From: the human T2T-CHM13v2.0 reference genome, Homo sapiens
Reading direction: 5' to 3' (one strand)
DNA: 64,000 nt
Assembly: GCF_009914755.1 (NCBI RefSeq)
Contig: NC_060943.1
A program made the translations under genes and the position numbers. Under the pieces are notes generated by a model, which was given only the letters and a program-made list of their open reading frames with translations, searched no databases and was not told where the DNA came from. Shown here piece after piece: positions 46,370 through 64,000 of this stretch (its first letter is position 1; every line of letters begins with the position of its first letter).

Positions 46370-46696
46370 TGACCTCATCTCTGCAAAAAATTTTTAAATT
46401 AGCCAGGCTTGGTGATGTGCACCTATAATCCCAGCTACTCAGGAGGCTGAGGTGAGAGGATCACTTGAGCCCAGGCACTACCACACCTTGAGCCCAGGAG
46501 ATCAAGGATACAGTGAGCTATGATCACACCACTCTGTGTCTAAAAAAAAAAAAAAAAAAAAAAGACTGAAAGTATGGAGAGCATCTTTCATCTGTCCATC
46601 TGTGAAACATTTCTTCACCTACCCTGTGTGTCAGGGTCCATGCTTGACACTGACAGTATAAAGTTGAATAAGACACTGGTTCTCAAAAGCCCACAA

Positions 46697-47316
46697 CAGT
46701 GCTGTCTGTTAGAAATATAACGTGGGGCCGAGCGCGGTGACTCATGCCTGTAATCCCAGCACTTTGGGAGGCTGACGCGGGTGGATCACTTGAGTTCAGG
46801 AGTTCGAGACCAGCCTAGCCAACATGGTGAAATCCCATCTCTACTTAAAATACAAAAATTAGCTGAGTCTGGTGGCATGTGCCTGTAATCCCAACTACTC
46901 GGGAGACGGAGGCAGAGAATCACTTGAACCCTGGAGGTGACAGTTGCAGTGAGCCAAGATTGCACCACTGCACTCCAGCCTGGGCAACAGAGTGAGACTC
47001 CTTCTCAAAAAAAAAAAATGTGGGTCACTGATGAGGCTCATATAGGTAATTAAAAATTTTCTAGTAGCCATATTTTGAAAAGTAAAAGGAAGCAGGAAAG
47101 TAATTTTAATGATATATTTTATTTCATCTAAAACATCATTTCAACATGTAATCAATATAGAAATTATTAGTGAGCTATTTTACTTCCTTTTTTCCACATT
47201 AAGCGTTTGACATACAATATGTATTTTACACTTTCAGCGTATCTCAGTTGGTACCAGCCATGTTTCAAGTGCTCGGTGGCTACATGTGGCTAATGGCTAC
47301 CACATCGGACAGCACT
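46697..47316. mobile_element. MER33/MER3-type hAT-Charlie DNA transposon, split by an Alu
   Basis: Inverted termini cagtgctgtc...gacagcactg; internal gtggctaatggctacc. Confidence 0.7.
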
Positions 47317-48247
47317 GGCCGAGGGTATGAGATTCACGTGTAAATCAAAGGTGGTAGTTCAGTGATAGATCTGACATGCCACTCCTGTTTTATCTTGGCG
47401 GAGAAGGGCAGATGTATGATGAAAAGCAGGTTTATCACAAGCAGTTATAGCTAACCAAAGAGCTACTGTCCATCAAACTTGCTGTATGTGCCTGGCACTG
47501 TGCTTAGTGTTGGTGGGTGTTGCCTGTGTTCGGAGGTGCCAGGGACTACAGTTATTCCCATTTCACAGATGAGGAAGCTGAGATAAGGCAATGAGAGGTC
47601 ACTTGCTCAAAGCTGGGAAGTGGCAGAGGCAGCATTTGAGCTCAGGTGCAGAGTGTATACTTTTAAACCTGTTTTATATGCTGTATTGGAGGGTGTTTAA
47701 GGGGGATAGGGTCTGAGTTTTGAGCAATGAAAACCATAGGAGGGACTTGTTGCACAAAATCGATTCTGAGGCCGGTCGTAGAAGATCATACCTGTAATCC
47801 TAACATTTTGGGAGGCCCAGGCAGGAGGATTGCTTAAGCCCAGGAGTTTGAGACCAGCCTGGACAACAAAGCAAGACTCCACCTCTACAAAAATTTAAAA
47901 AATTAGCTGGGTATGGTGGCTTGTGCCTGTGGTCCCAGCTACATGGGTGGCTGAGGTGGGAGGATTGCTTTAGGCCAGGAGGTCAAGGCTGCAGTGAGCC
48001 GTGATTGTGCCACTGCACTCCAGCCTGGGTGACGGAGAAAGACCCTGTCTCAAAAAAAAAAGAAGTCCCAGTTTGTCAGCATTAATCTCTGGGTTTACAT
48101 TGGTGTCGGTGTGCTGGTTTGAGACCTGAATGATTGAGAGGTCCACTCCTTAAATTGACCTCTAGGTTTGCTGGAACCTGGAACCTTACCTCCCAGGAAA
48201 GAGAGGGGTCTTTGGGGAGTTGGGAGGAGGGTGAGCAGGGGGACTAA

Positions 48248-48466
<219 letters not shown>

Positions 48467-48730
48467 TAGCTAATTTTTGTATTTTTAGTAGAGATGGGGT
48501 TTCACCATGTTGGCCAGGATGGTCTCAATCTCTTGACCTTGTGATCCGCCTGCCTCGGCCTCCCAAAGTGCTGGGATTATAGGCATGAGCCAGCATGCCC
48601 AGCCTGAAAGCTCATTTCTAAATTGCTGCTTTGGGGCCAGGCCTGGTGGCTTATGCCTGTAATCCCAGCACTTTGGGAGGATGAGGAGGGCGGATCACCT
48701 GAGGTCAGGAGTTCAAGACCAGACTGGTCA

Positions 48731-49144
<414 letters not shown>

Positions 49145-49619
49145 TCACAGTGGTTTCCTCTGTCAACTCTATGAGAGTCGTGGTTCTAGACTTTTTGGAG
49201 GTGTCAGGTGCAGGTTGAATCCTGGCCTTCTACCTAAACAGGGCAGGTGCTGGAGATTCTCAGCTTGTTCCTGTCCCCAGATGGTGCTCACCACACTTAT
49301 CTCCAACTGCTGGACAGTGCCTGGCATGTGAGAGATGCTCAGTAAGTATCTGTTGAATTAATGATACGAGCCAGCATTCACTGAGCTCTTACTATGTAGG
49401 AGGCACTGTTCTGACTGCTTCTCAGCTAATATCTTATTGAATCCTTAGAACCACTCCTTGGGGTAGGTACTGTTGTTATTACCATGTCTCGTAAGAGGAA
49501 ACTGAGTTACAGAGAAGTTCAAGTCACAGAGCTGGTGAGTCTCAAATTCAGGATTCCTATGCAAGTCACTGGCTCCAGAGTCTAGGCTCTTAAACACTCA
49601 CTGTGTGGTCTTTCGATGA

Positions 49620-50230
<611 letters not shown>

Positions 50231-52439
50231 TGAATAGTTGGGACTACAGGTATGCACAACCATGCCCAGCTAATTTTTAATTTTTTTGTAGAGATGGGAT
50301 CTCTCTATGTTGCCCAGGCCGGTCTTGAACTCTTGGACTCAAGCGATCTTCCCTTTTTCCTCCCAAAGTGTTGAGATTACAGGCATGAGCCCACCATGCC
50401 CAACCTAAAAAGTCCTTATCTATAAGATGCTCATGCTGAAATATCTATGATTAAACTGTTAAGATATCTCGGATTTCCTTCAAAATAATATAGACAGGCA
50501 GAGAGTGCAGGGGCTCAAGTGTGCATGGGTGAATAAGAGATGAAATAAGATTGTCTGTGAGTGGAACTATTGAAGCCAGACAATGAGGGCTTATTATACT
50601 CTTTTTTTGCCTTGATGTTTTGAAATGTATCATCATGAGAAGTTAAAAACAAGTACAACAAATTTCACCCAGCATTTGTGTATTTCAAGCTCAAGTGTAC
50701 ATACAGGGGAATTCCCTGCCTCTGCTCAGTCCACTTATATAATACAAATGTTTGCTTTTTTCTTTTTTTTGTCTCTATTATATGAGCCAATACTTGGCCC
50801 AAGGCTTTGGAAGCCCCTTTGATAAAGCCGTGTCTGGCAGCAGTGGGAACACCCGGCCAGGCCCCAGCAGCCCTGGCTTCTCTGAGCAGCGAACACCGTG
50901 GCACTGGCCTTCGAGTCAGTTTACTGAGGTCCCTTTTCCCTGAGATCTGTTTCCCTCTAGCACCTGCCTGTGGGGCCCCTCCCACATTTTTTCCAAGGAC
51001 TTGTTTCAACAAAAAGCCTCAGACCCTCCCCTCAGGACAGACGTACACAGATCTTCTGACACCCGGCCTTCCTCTGGTGGGTCTTTGTTGAGGCCCCACA
51101 CGAACCGGAATCCAGTCTTTGGTGTGCCCACAGCACCGCGGCAGGAGGCAGGAAACGTGCCCCTTTCCAGTTCTGACTCTGGACAAAAGAAGAAAAAGGG
51201 CAAGATGCAGCTTGTGACAGTGCCTGGGACCTGATGGTATTTCTAATCAAGCTAGCAGCTACAACGCCTTTACGGCCGGCCGGCGTGCGCTCCCCGCTCC
51301 CATCACTGCATTTGTGCTTTGGGGGTCTGGAACAACAGCACATGAGTATGTGGTAAAATTCTTATGCGGAAGTGGCAGGAAAAGAGGGGAACGTTTGGGG
51401 GCTTCTCCTGATGGTGTGCTGCCTGGTGGGTAGAGATGGTTGATGGGAACAGGAGTGCTGGTTGGTCAGATCCTGCCAGTGCTGGCGCCGTTTGTTGCAT
51501 CTGATGGTGAGCTCTTTCCTCTGGTGCCCCGTTTTTCTATGCTGTGCTGTTGGTTTGCAGGGAGGAAGACAGGGAAGTCCTGCACCCCCTCAAGCTTCCA
51601 TAAACTTCCACCCCCAGCACCATCTTCATCTCTGTCCTTTCTTTTTCTTTCTTTTTTTTTTTTTTTGAGACAAGGTCTTGCTCTTTCACCCAGCCTGGAG
51701 TGCAGTGGCACGATCACAACTCACCGCAACCTCGAACTCCTGGGCTCAAGTGATCCTCCCACCTCAGCCTCCCAAGTAGCTGGGACCACAGGCATACGCC
51801 ACCACGCCTGGATAATTTTTTTTTTATTTTTGTGGAAACAGGTTCTTGCTATGTTGTCGTGGCTGGTCTCGAACTCCTGGCCTCAAGTAATCCTCTTGCC
51901 TTAGCCTCCCAAAGTGCTGGGATCAAAGGCGTGAGCCACCATGCCTGGCCTGTTTTTCTTTCCAAGGCACCTTTTGCAGTTCTTTTAGTAGAGAGGCTTT
52001 CAGGTGAGTCTAGTGTGGAGGGAATGTCATGAGCTCTGTCTTCAGTATAGGTGGCTTGATTTGTGTGTATTTCCCAGTGTGGACTGCACGTTGGATCTGA
52101 GGGCAGCAAACCCCAAATGCTGATGGCGTGTCTGATTTTTTTTATTTTTTGAGATTGAGTTTCGCTGTTTCACCCAGGCCGGAGTGAACTGGTACAATCT
52201 CAGCTCACTGCAACCTCGGCCCCACCGGGTTCAAGCAATTCTCCTGCCTCAGCCTCCCTACTAGCTGTGATTATAATTGCCTGCCACCACACCCAGCTAA
52301 TTTTTGTGTTTTTTTAGTACAGACGGGGTTTCGCCATGTTAACAAGGCTGGTCTTGAACTCCTGATCTCAGGTGATCCACCCACCTCAGCCTTCCAAAGT
52401 GCTAGGATTACAGGTGTGAGTCACTGAGCCCTGCCTTGA

Positions 52440-52646
<207 letters not shown>

Positions 52647-52988
52647 TAGCCAGGATGGTCTCGATCTCCTGACCTCTTGATCAGCCTGCCTCGGCCTCCC
52701 AGAGTGCTGGGATTACAGGCGTGAGCCACTGAGCCCGGCCTTGATTTTTAAACTTATCAAGTCCTCAGTGAGGGGAGCACTGTTCTAGATACCAGGGTGC
52801 AGCCATGAGGAAAACAGACAAGGGTTCTCACCCTTCTGGGGCTCACCTTCAAGTGGAAGAGTCAATCAACAAACAAGATAAAGAAGTAAAACACGGCTGG
52901 GCACGGTGGCTCATGCCTGTAATCCCAGCACTTTGGGAGGCCAAGGCAGGAGGATCATGAGGTCAGGAGATCGAGACCATCCTGGCTA

Positions 52989-53249
<261 letters not shown>

Positions 53250-53274
53250 TTAAACAGGCAAAGGGCCTAGGAAG

Positions 53275-55349
<2,075 letters not shown>

Positions 55350-55610
55350 CGTTAAGGTGGAGGGTGTTGAAATTTTGGGAAGGGTGGCCAGGGATGGCCT
55401 CCTTGGGAAAGTGGCCAGACCTGAAGGAGGTGAGGGAGTGGGAACAGCCAGTGCAAAGGCCCTGAGGTGAGGGGCCTGGTAAGATTGAGGCCCACATGGC
55501 TGGAGCGGAATGAGCCCAGGAGAGTGGGAGGGATGAGGGTAGAGAGGAGATATTTGCAGATCTCTTAGGGTCCTGCACAGGTTTGTCTTTTCTCTGATTG
55601 AGAAGGTTAA

Positions 55611-55766
<156 letters not shown>

Positions 55767-57059
55767 TGAGTAGCTGGGACTACAGGCACGCACCACCATG
55801 CCCAGCTAATTTTTGTATTTTTAGTAGAGATGGGGTTTCACCATGATGGCCAGGATGGTCTCAAACTCTTGACCTCGTGATCCACCCTCCTTGGCCTCCC
55901 AAAGTGCTGGGATTACAGGCGTGAGCCATTGCGCCCGGCCGATTTATTACACTTTTGAAAAGTTTGACTAGTGACCACATGTACAAGGAACCAAAGCAAC
56001 AAAAATAGGGCACCCAGTTCCCTTCCCAAGAGACCACCACAATTCCAGTTTCCTGATGGTGACCAGTTCCTTGACACTACATTATCTGAGTGAGTTTCCT
56101 GTCTTGTATTAGGTTGGACTGCCTGACATTGTGCTTTCGTGGGTCAAGAATGGTTGAATATTGGCAATTTTATGAGGTTCAGCCTAACAGCTTCTTTCAG
56201 GAACATGAGGAATTTGGCCAATCCTTTCTTGCTGTGAGGGTTGGTAGTCCTCCCCCGATTCCTCCTGCATCTCACCATCCTCTTTCAGTGACAGGCCCAA
56301 CAGTGCCTGTAACACCAGGGCGTGAAAACCCCTGCCCTACTTGTGGCCTCAAACCAGGGCTTGCTATTAAGCCCAGCAAGAGGCTGCCCCTTTTCCACGG
56401 GGACCTCACCTGGCTTCTGATGTTCGTCACTTTGGCTTTCTGCGTCTTGGTGCCACCAGTTTTGAAATCACAGCTCCCAGAGGGAGGGGCACCCGCGGAC
56501 TCTTGCTGGGTGTTTGGTGTGACTCACATGGTGGGGGTGCTCTCTGGAACCCGTGGGCATTCTGCATCAGTCACCCATCAGAGTAGCTGGCAGAGCACCC
56601 AGCTTGAGGTGTCTGTGGGAATCTCTGCGGGGACCAGGTGGCTCAGGCTTGGGGAGGGGGCCTGAGGAGCCGTGCACCTCCCTGTAGCGATGGGAGACTT
56701 GCAAGTCGTTGTGGAACCAGGGCACTGGCCTCGGTCCTGTGGGAGCGGGTGGGGGTGAAATAACCTTAAAGGAGATATGGCGCCAACTTTGGAAGAGCTC
56801 AGTTGGGAAGTTGTGTCAGTTGGTAAGCCTTTGGCTGCAAACAGTAGTAACAGCATCAGCAGCAACAACTGCAGCAGCAAGTAGGCAATGTATGTAGCGT
56901 CTGCTGCATGCAAGACACTGTGCCGGGCCCTTCACATGAAGCCACTCCTTTAAGCCTCCCGACAACCCTGGAAGATATTATTCTCCCTTTGCAGATGAGG
57001 TAACTAAATTTGAATAACTTGTTCAAGGTCAGGCAGCTAAAAAAAGGTGGTGGCATGAT

Positions 57060-58235
<1,176 letters not shown>

Positions 58236-58799
58236 ATGGTGACGTGATTTGGATTCAGGCAGTCTGACTCCAGAGCTGTATCTTAACTCTAAAGCTCTGT
58301 GTGCTACTGCAGTGGTTTTCAAACCCGAGCAAGACCAGGTGTGGTGGCTCACATCTGTAATCCCAGCACTCTGGGAGGCCGAGGCAGGTGGATCATTTGA
58401 GGCCAGGAGTTCGAGGCCAGCCTGGGCAACATGGTAAAACCCCATCTCTACTAAAAATGCAAAAATTAGCCGGGTGTGGTGGCACATACCTGTGGTCCCA
58501 GCTATTCGAGAGGCTGAGGCAGGAGAATTGCTTGAACCTGGGAGGCTCTGAGAGGTTGCAGTGAGCCAAGATCATGCCACTGCACTCCAGCCTGCGCAAC
58601 AGAATGAGTGAGACTCCGTCTCAAAAAAAACAAAAAACCCTAGCAAGGATCAGAATCCCCAGAGGGCTAGGTAAAACACAGATTGCTGGGCCCCATCTGA
58701 TTCTGTAAGTTCCTGATTCTGTAAGTCTAGCTTGAGAATTTGCATTTTGTGGTGACACTGGTGCCCCTGGTCCAGGAAGCACGTTTTGAGAACCATGAG

Positions 58800-59372
58800 C
58801 TACTGTAATAGGAAGCCCAAATGAAATTGGCCTGAAATAACGAGATTTATGATCTCATATAACAAAGAAGCCTGTAGGTAGGCAGCACAGCAGCACAGGA
58901 GTTGACTAAGCAGTTCCACAATGCCTGCAGGGACCCCATCCCTCTCCTTCAAGCCACTCTGCCATCCATGGTGTGTCTCCTGTGTCCCTAGGCTCCCTGC
59001 ATGGCCACAAGATGACTGCCAAGGCTCCAGTTGGCACACACTGACAGTGCCACATCCAGCAGCAGAAAGAGGGCATCTCTCACTTGCTGTGTATCTCTTT
59101 AAGAGTGAGGAAACCTTTCATTGATTCCCTGCCTCCCAGATTTCCCTCATATCTCATTGGCCAGCATGGTGATATGTGACCCTGCCCAGAGAAACCAGCC
59201 AAGGGCCAATTAGGATTGACCCTCTGGGGCTGGGGCTGGGGCTGGGGCTGGAGCCGGGGCCAGCCTTACCTGAAGTAGGTAGCACAGGGAGGAGAGTGGC
59301 TACAGGAATGAAATCAGAGTACCATTTAGGAAAGGACTGGGAAAGGGGGAGGGATATTGGGTAGGCAGACAA
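58800..59372. mobile_element. MLT1-type ERVL-MaLR LTR
   Basis: catggccacaagatgactgcc, ctcattggccag and gatattgggtaggca resemble the recalled MLT1J/K consensus. Confidence 0.55.
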
Positions 59373-59852
59373 TTGGTTTTGCTGCAGAAATAAGTGGAAC
59401 ACAGGGAAAGCATAATGCCCATGCATTTTTGTCATCGTGCTTACCAGCTTTGTTTTGTAATTACCTGAATCAGGACTTAGCTTTTTGTTCTCTAATCATG
59501 CCCACCTTTGAAACTGTGCACAAAGTCCCAGTACCACAAGAACTCTGAATCTTGTTGGAATACCAAGTATTCTGTCTGGCAATTCAGGGAAACTTGAGTT
59601 GGGTGATGAGGCAGCAGTCTGAAGGTTAGAGTGCGAGGTCTTTGAGAGCACTCACTCACTCTGCCCAGAAACACCTGGGTCTCACCCATCTCTCTGCTCC
59701 TGACTCCCTCCCCCCTCCTCCTACCCTTCCTTGCAAAGGCTGTTTCCCCCTCTGAGGGCTGTTCTTGGATGAAAGGAGAGGATGCCAGTCAAGTGCTTAC
59801 CCCCAGGGGCCAGCGCATGGTAAGTACTTAAGAACGTGGCCTCTGCTATTAA

Positions 59853-60246
<394 letters not shown>

Positions 60247-61508
60247 TAGTAGAGACGGGGTTTCACTGTGTTAGTCTCGATCTCCTGACCTCATGATCCT
60301 CCCACCTTGGCCTCCCAAAGTGCTGGGATTACAGGCGTGAGCCACCGTGCCCAGCCCATGCCTGGCTAATTTTTTAATCATTCATAGAGACGAGGTCTCA
60401 CTTTGTTGCCCAGGCTGGTCTCGAACTCCTGGGGCTCAAGCGATCCTCCCACTTCAGCCTCCCAAAGTGCTGAGATTACAGGTGTGAGCCACCGTGCCCA
60501 GCATAAATGTGACTTATAATAAATATTTTATAATCCTGCACCCCCTTACCAAAAAAAATCTATGAAGAGTGACCATCCCTTTTGCAGACTGAAATTTCCT
60601 GAGGATACCTGTTGCTACTGCTCGTGGCCACACTGTAAAGCCATTGCCCTTTGAGATTGCAAAGGGCTGAGGAATGCAGTGTGGGCTCTGAGCCAGACTG
60701 CTGAGTGCAAGTTCTTGATCCATCTTGGGCTCCCTGTTTTACTTTGGGCAAGCCACTTAGCCTTGCATGTCTTAGTTTCCGTATCTGTAAGGTGGAGCTG
60801 GTAATGGTACTGTCCTCCTAGGTTGTTGGGAGGATTCGAATGCATCAAAGCACGTGACATGCTTAGACACCCCTCCCCCCCAACCCCCAACAGCACCCGA
60901 CCCAAAGCAGCACTCATACAATATGTATCAGCTAATCTTTGAATATTCTGTGCCAGTTCATTCACAGGGGACTATAAGCTCCCTGTGGGCAGGATTTATG
61001 TGGTTTTTGTTTACTACTGTGTCCCAGTGCCTGACTCAGAATAGACATTGTTTACATTTGTGTGTGTGGATGAAAAGAAGGATGGTAAGAGCCTTTCTTA
61101 ATTTCTTTTCCTTCAGCTGCCTGGAATTTAAACTCTGACCTGAGCTGATTACTCGGTATTTTGAAGGAATAAAGTGGACCTGACTGACTCTGAGGGCAGC
61201 ATGTGATAAGTGCAGCTGATTGTTGAGCATTTTTGTGAGCCACAAGCATAGTGCTCACCATAAAGATCTCACTTGGCCAGGCACAGTGGCTCATGCCTGT
61301 AATCCCAGCGCTTTGGGAGGCTGAGGAGGGAGGATCGCTTGAAGCTAGGAGTTCAAGACCAGCCTGGACAACACAGTGAGACCCTTGTCTCTACAAAAAT
61401 AATAATAAAGCTCTCACTGACTCTTCATCCCATTTCATAGATGAGGAAACTGAGGCCCAGTGGGAGCACCTGCTTCTTCTTACAAGAGGAGATCTAAAGT
61501 AGTGGTTA

Positions 61509-61796
<288 letters not shown>

Positions 61797-64000
61797 TCAA
61801 AATAAAATAAAATAAATAAATAAAGTAGTGGGTAAAAACTGGAACCTTGGAGCTCCTCTGCTTGGGTTAGATCCCCACCCCAGCACTTTCTTCCTGTGTG
61901 ACCTCCAGCCTATGACTTATTCGTTGAACTTCTCATCTGTAAAATAAGAATGCTGATAGTTCCTCCTTAGAGGGTCGCTGTGAGGGTTAGGAGAGAGAAT
62001 TCATATGTAGCACTTAGAACAGCGCCTTGTGCAGTGAGCATTCCGGTTGTGGTTGTTATTATTAGCCAGCCAAAGCCGTTCAGTTGTGCTTCCAAAGCTG
62101 GCTGGAAGAGTCCAGCGACCGTGTTTAATCATTAAGCTGCATTGCCTCTGTGAGCTAGCGCCTCCTCTGCACGGGCCAAGGAGCCCGCCTTTAGATTGTA
62201 CGGTTCTGAATGAAGCATCCAGGCGCAAGCTCAGGGCAGGGGACGGTGTGGGCACAAGTCCAGCCCTGGCTCTGTCAGTGAACAGGTGGCCTGTGCCTGA
62301 ATCCGAGGTAATAGGCGAGCCGCCTTTGTTACCTTTGAGCTTTCTTTCAAGCCCATTCAGACTCCTCAGACCACGTGTCTGATGAGTAAGGAGGCCTTTT
62401 CTTTCCCTCCCCCAAAGGGAATGTTGGCAAAACAGCTTTCTTTGGGAACGCGCCTGTTCACGACGACCAGCCATCTCCTGGGGAACTCCGGTGGCTGGCT
62501 GGCGTGTTCCTGCGGCTGTTGAATAAGTCGCTGTTAGGAGCTGGCACGGCAGGTTCCCGTTTCCGCATTCCAGGCACCCACAGCGGGCTGGGGGCGGGCA
62601 CCACTGAGGTCGGCCTGGAGAGCCAAGGCAGGTGGCCTCGCCCTGGGAGGACCAGGGACAGGAGGAGTCCACCTGGGGCTCCCCTGACAGCCACCTGCCC
62701 ACTTTGTGATCAGAGCCGTGTTCGGGGAGTCTTTCAGGTGAGCGATATTCATTAAATTTGGCAGTGACTTGCAGAGAAAGTTCATCATGTTTCTTCCTCT
62801 CCGGAGTTAGACAGTTAGCTTTTTTTGTTTTCTCTTTTTTTCCCCCCTCTTCTCCCTGAAATGTTTACCTGTCTGCTCCTAACTGTGAAGAAAGAGTGGG
62901 CCGGGTGTTGACGGACTGAGAAAAATGGAGGACATTTCTCCCAAGAGAAGGAATCGGTGACTCTTTTAGTGAGTTGAGCTCCTGCTGGATGCAGACTTCT
63001 GTGCTGGGGCTGGGGGCGATCCCAGCCTGGTGTAGATGAGCTCTGTGGTCTCGCCTGAGTCCGCTTTCCTCTCTGGGCCTCAGTTTCCTCTTCTTGTGAA
63101 ATGGGAACTAGCAGCAGTGCCCAATGAGTCATCTATGTAAAGTGCTTCAAGCCTGGGCACTGAGCGGTGCTCAAGTCCCCCCTCCCCAACCCCAGGCCCC
63201 CATTTTCCCTGTGTGACCTCATCTGTGACCTCTCAGCTGCTTGCTTGCTGTACCCCAGCTGCACTGGCCTCCTGCTGTTCCTCCCTCGGAGACTTTGCCC
63301 TGGCTGTTCCCTCTGCCTGCAACACTTCCCCTAGAATTCCCCAGCGCCGCCTCCCTCCCTCCTTCCCTCAAGTCTCTGTTCAGATGTCACCTTCTCCATG
63401 AGGCCTCTCTCCTTATTAAATTGCACCTTCTCCCTCACCCTCGCCCTTACTCTTTGCTTTATTTTTCTTCATAGCATTTACTTCCACTTGACATATTTTG
63501 TCTATGCTCTGCTTCCCAGCTCTAGGCTCCATAGAAGCACAGGCACTTTTGTGTCCATCCTTGTAGAACCGTTCCTGGCACGTGGTAGATGCGGGCTAAA
63601 TTGTGATATGAATGAATTTATATCAGGTGCAACATGATCCAAGGATGGGTGGCCAGCCCCGTTTGGGGTTTGAGGAGGGTGTCAGCTTTTCCAGGAACCT
63701 GTGGCTGTGGGTGAGGCGGCATGTGCAGATGCCTCCCCCTGGTCACCCAGTGGCTCTCTGGCACCTGCCTGCAGCATCCAGCCCTCTGCCTTCCTGTCCT
63801 GCAACCCCTGCAGTCTGTGCAGCCCAGGCCTGGTAGTGACTCATCTGGGCAGCCTGGGTGCCTGTGGCATGGAACAGGAAAGCTTGGCCTAGTAAGTGGA
63901 GAGGATGTCAGGTTCATTTAGGTGGAGAAGACTGTGTGGAAGATACCACCCATATACACACATCTCATATGTATCTCCAGCCCCTGCTTGCTGTTCCTGC

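Noticed and set aside
56090-56913. 191-aa and 111-aa ORFs and a CAG/CAA-like run near 56840-56880
   Set aside because: No domain or exon structure; the triplet run is short, impure and next to a MIR
62001-62702. 233-aa minus-strand ORF
   Set aside because: GC-rich, non-ATG start, runs into a MIR; better explained as regulatory DNA

Overview
Human (primate) genomic DNA, very Alu-rich, recognised from the translated exons as the chr19q13 WDR87/SIPA1L3 locus. The whole WDR87 gene lies on the minus strand. A non-coding exon 1 (about 36551-36730) is followed by five coding exons (28218-28292, 26190-26360, 22632-25510, 21606-21874, 14986-20330). These join with GT-AG junctions and matching phases into 8739 nt, giving 2912 aa plus stop. 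A CpG island (about 36.4-37.7 kb) is a head-to-head promoter shared with the likely first non-coding exon of SIPA1L3 on the plus strand; the rest of the window is SIPA1L3 intron 1. The background is Alu, L1/L2/MIR, ERV LTRs, Tigger3 and MER DNA transposons, and a 660-bp AT-only array. Main hunt result: the non-repeat islands of WDR87 intron 1 (about 28.6-33.4 kb), read on the minus strand, give a collinear series of peptide matches to WDR87 exons 2 and 4, suggesting an old, decayed tandem WDR87 paralog inside the gene's own first intron. A second chain of minus-strand exon-like islands lies downstream of WDR87. Repeat family names and gene identities come from recall, and all alignments were made by eye.
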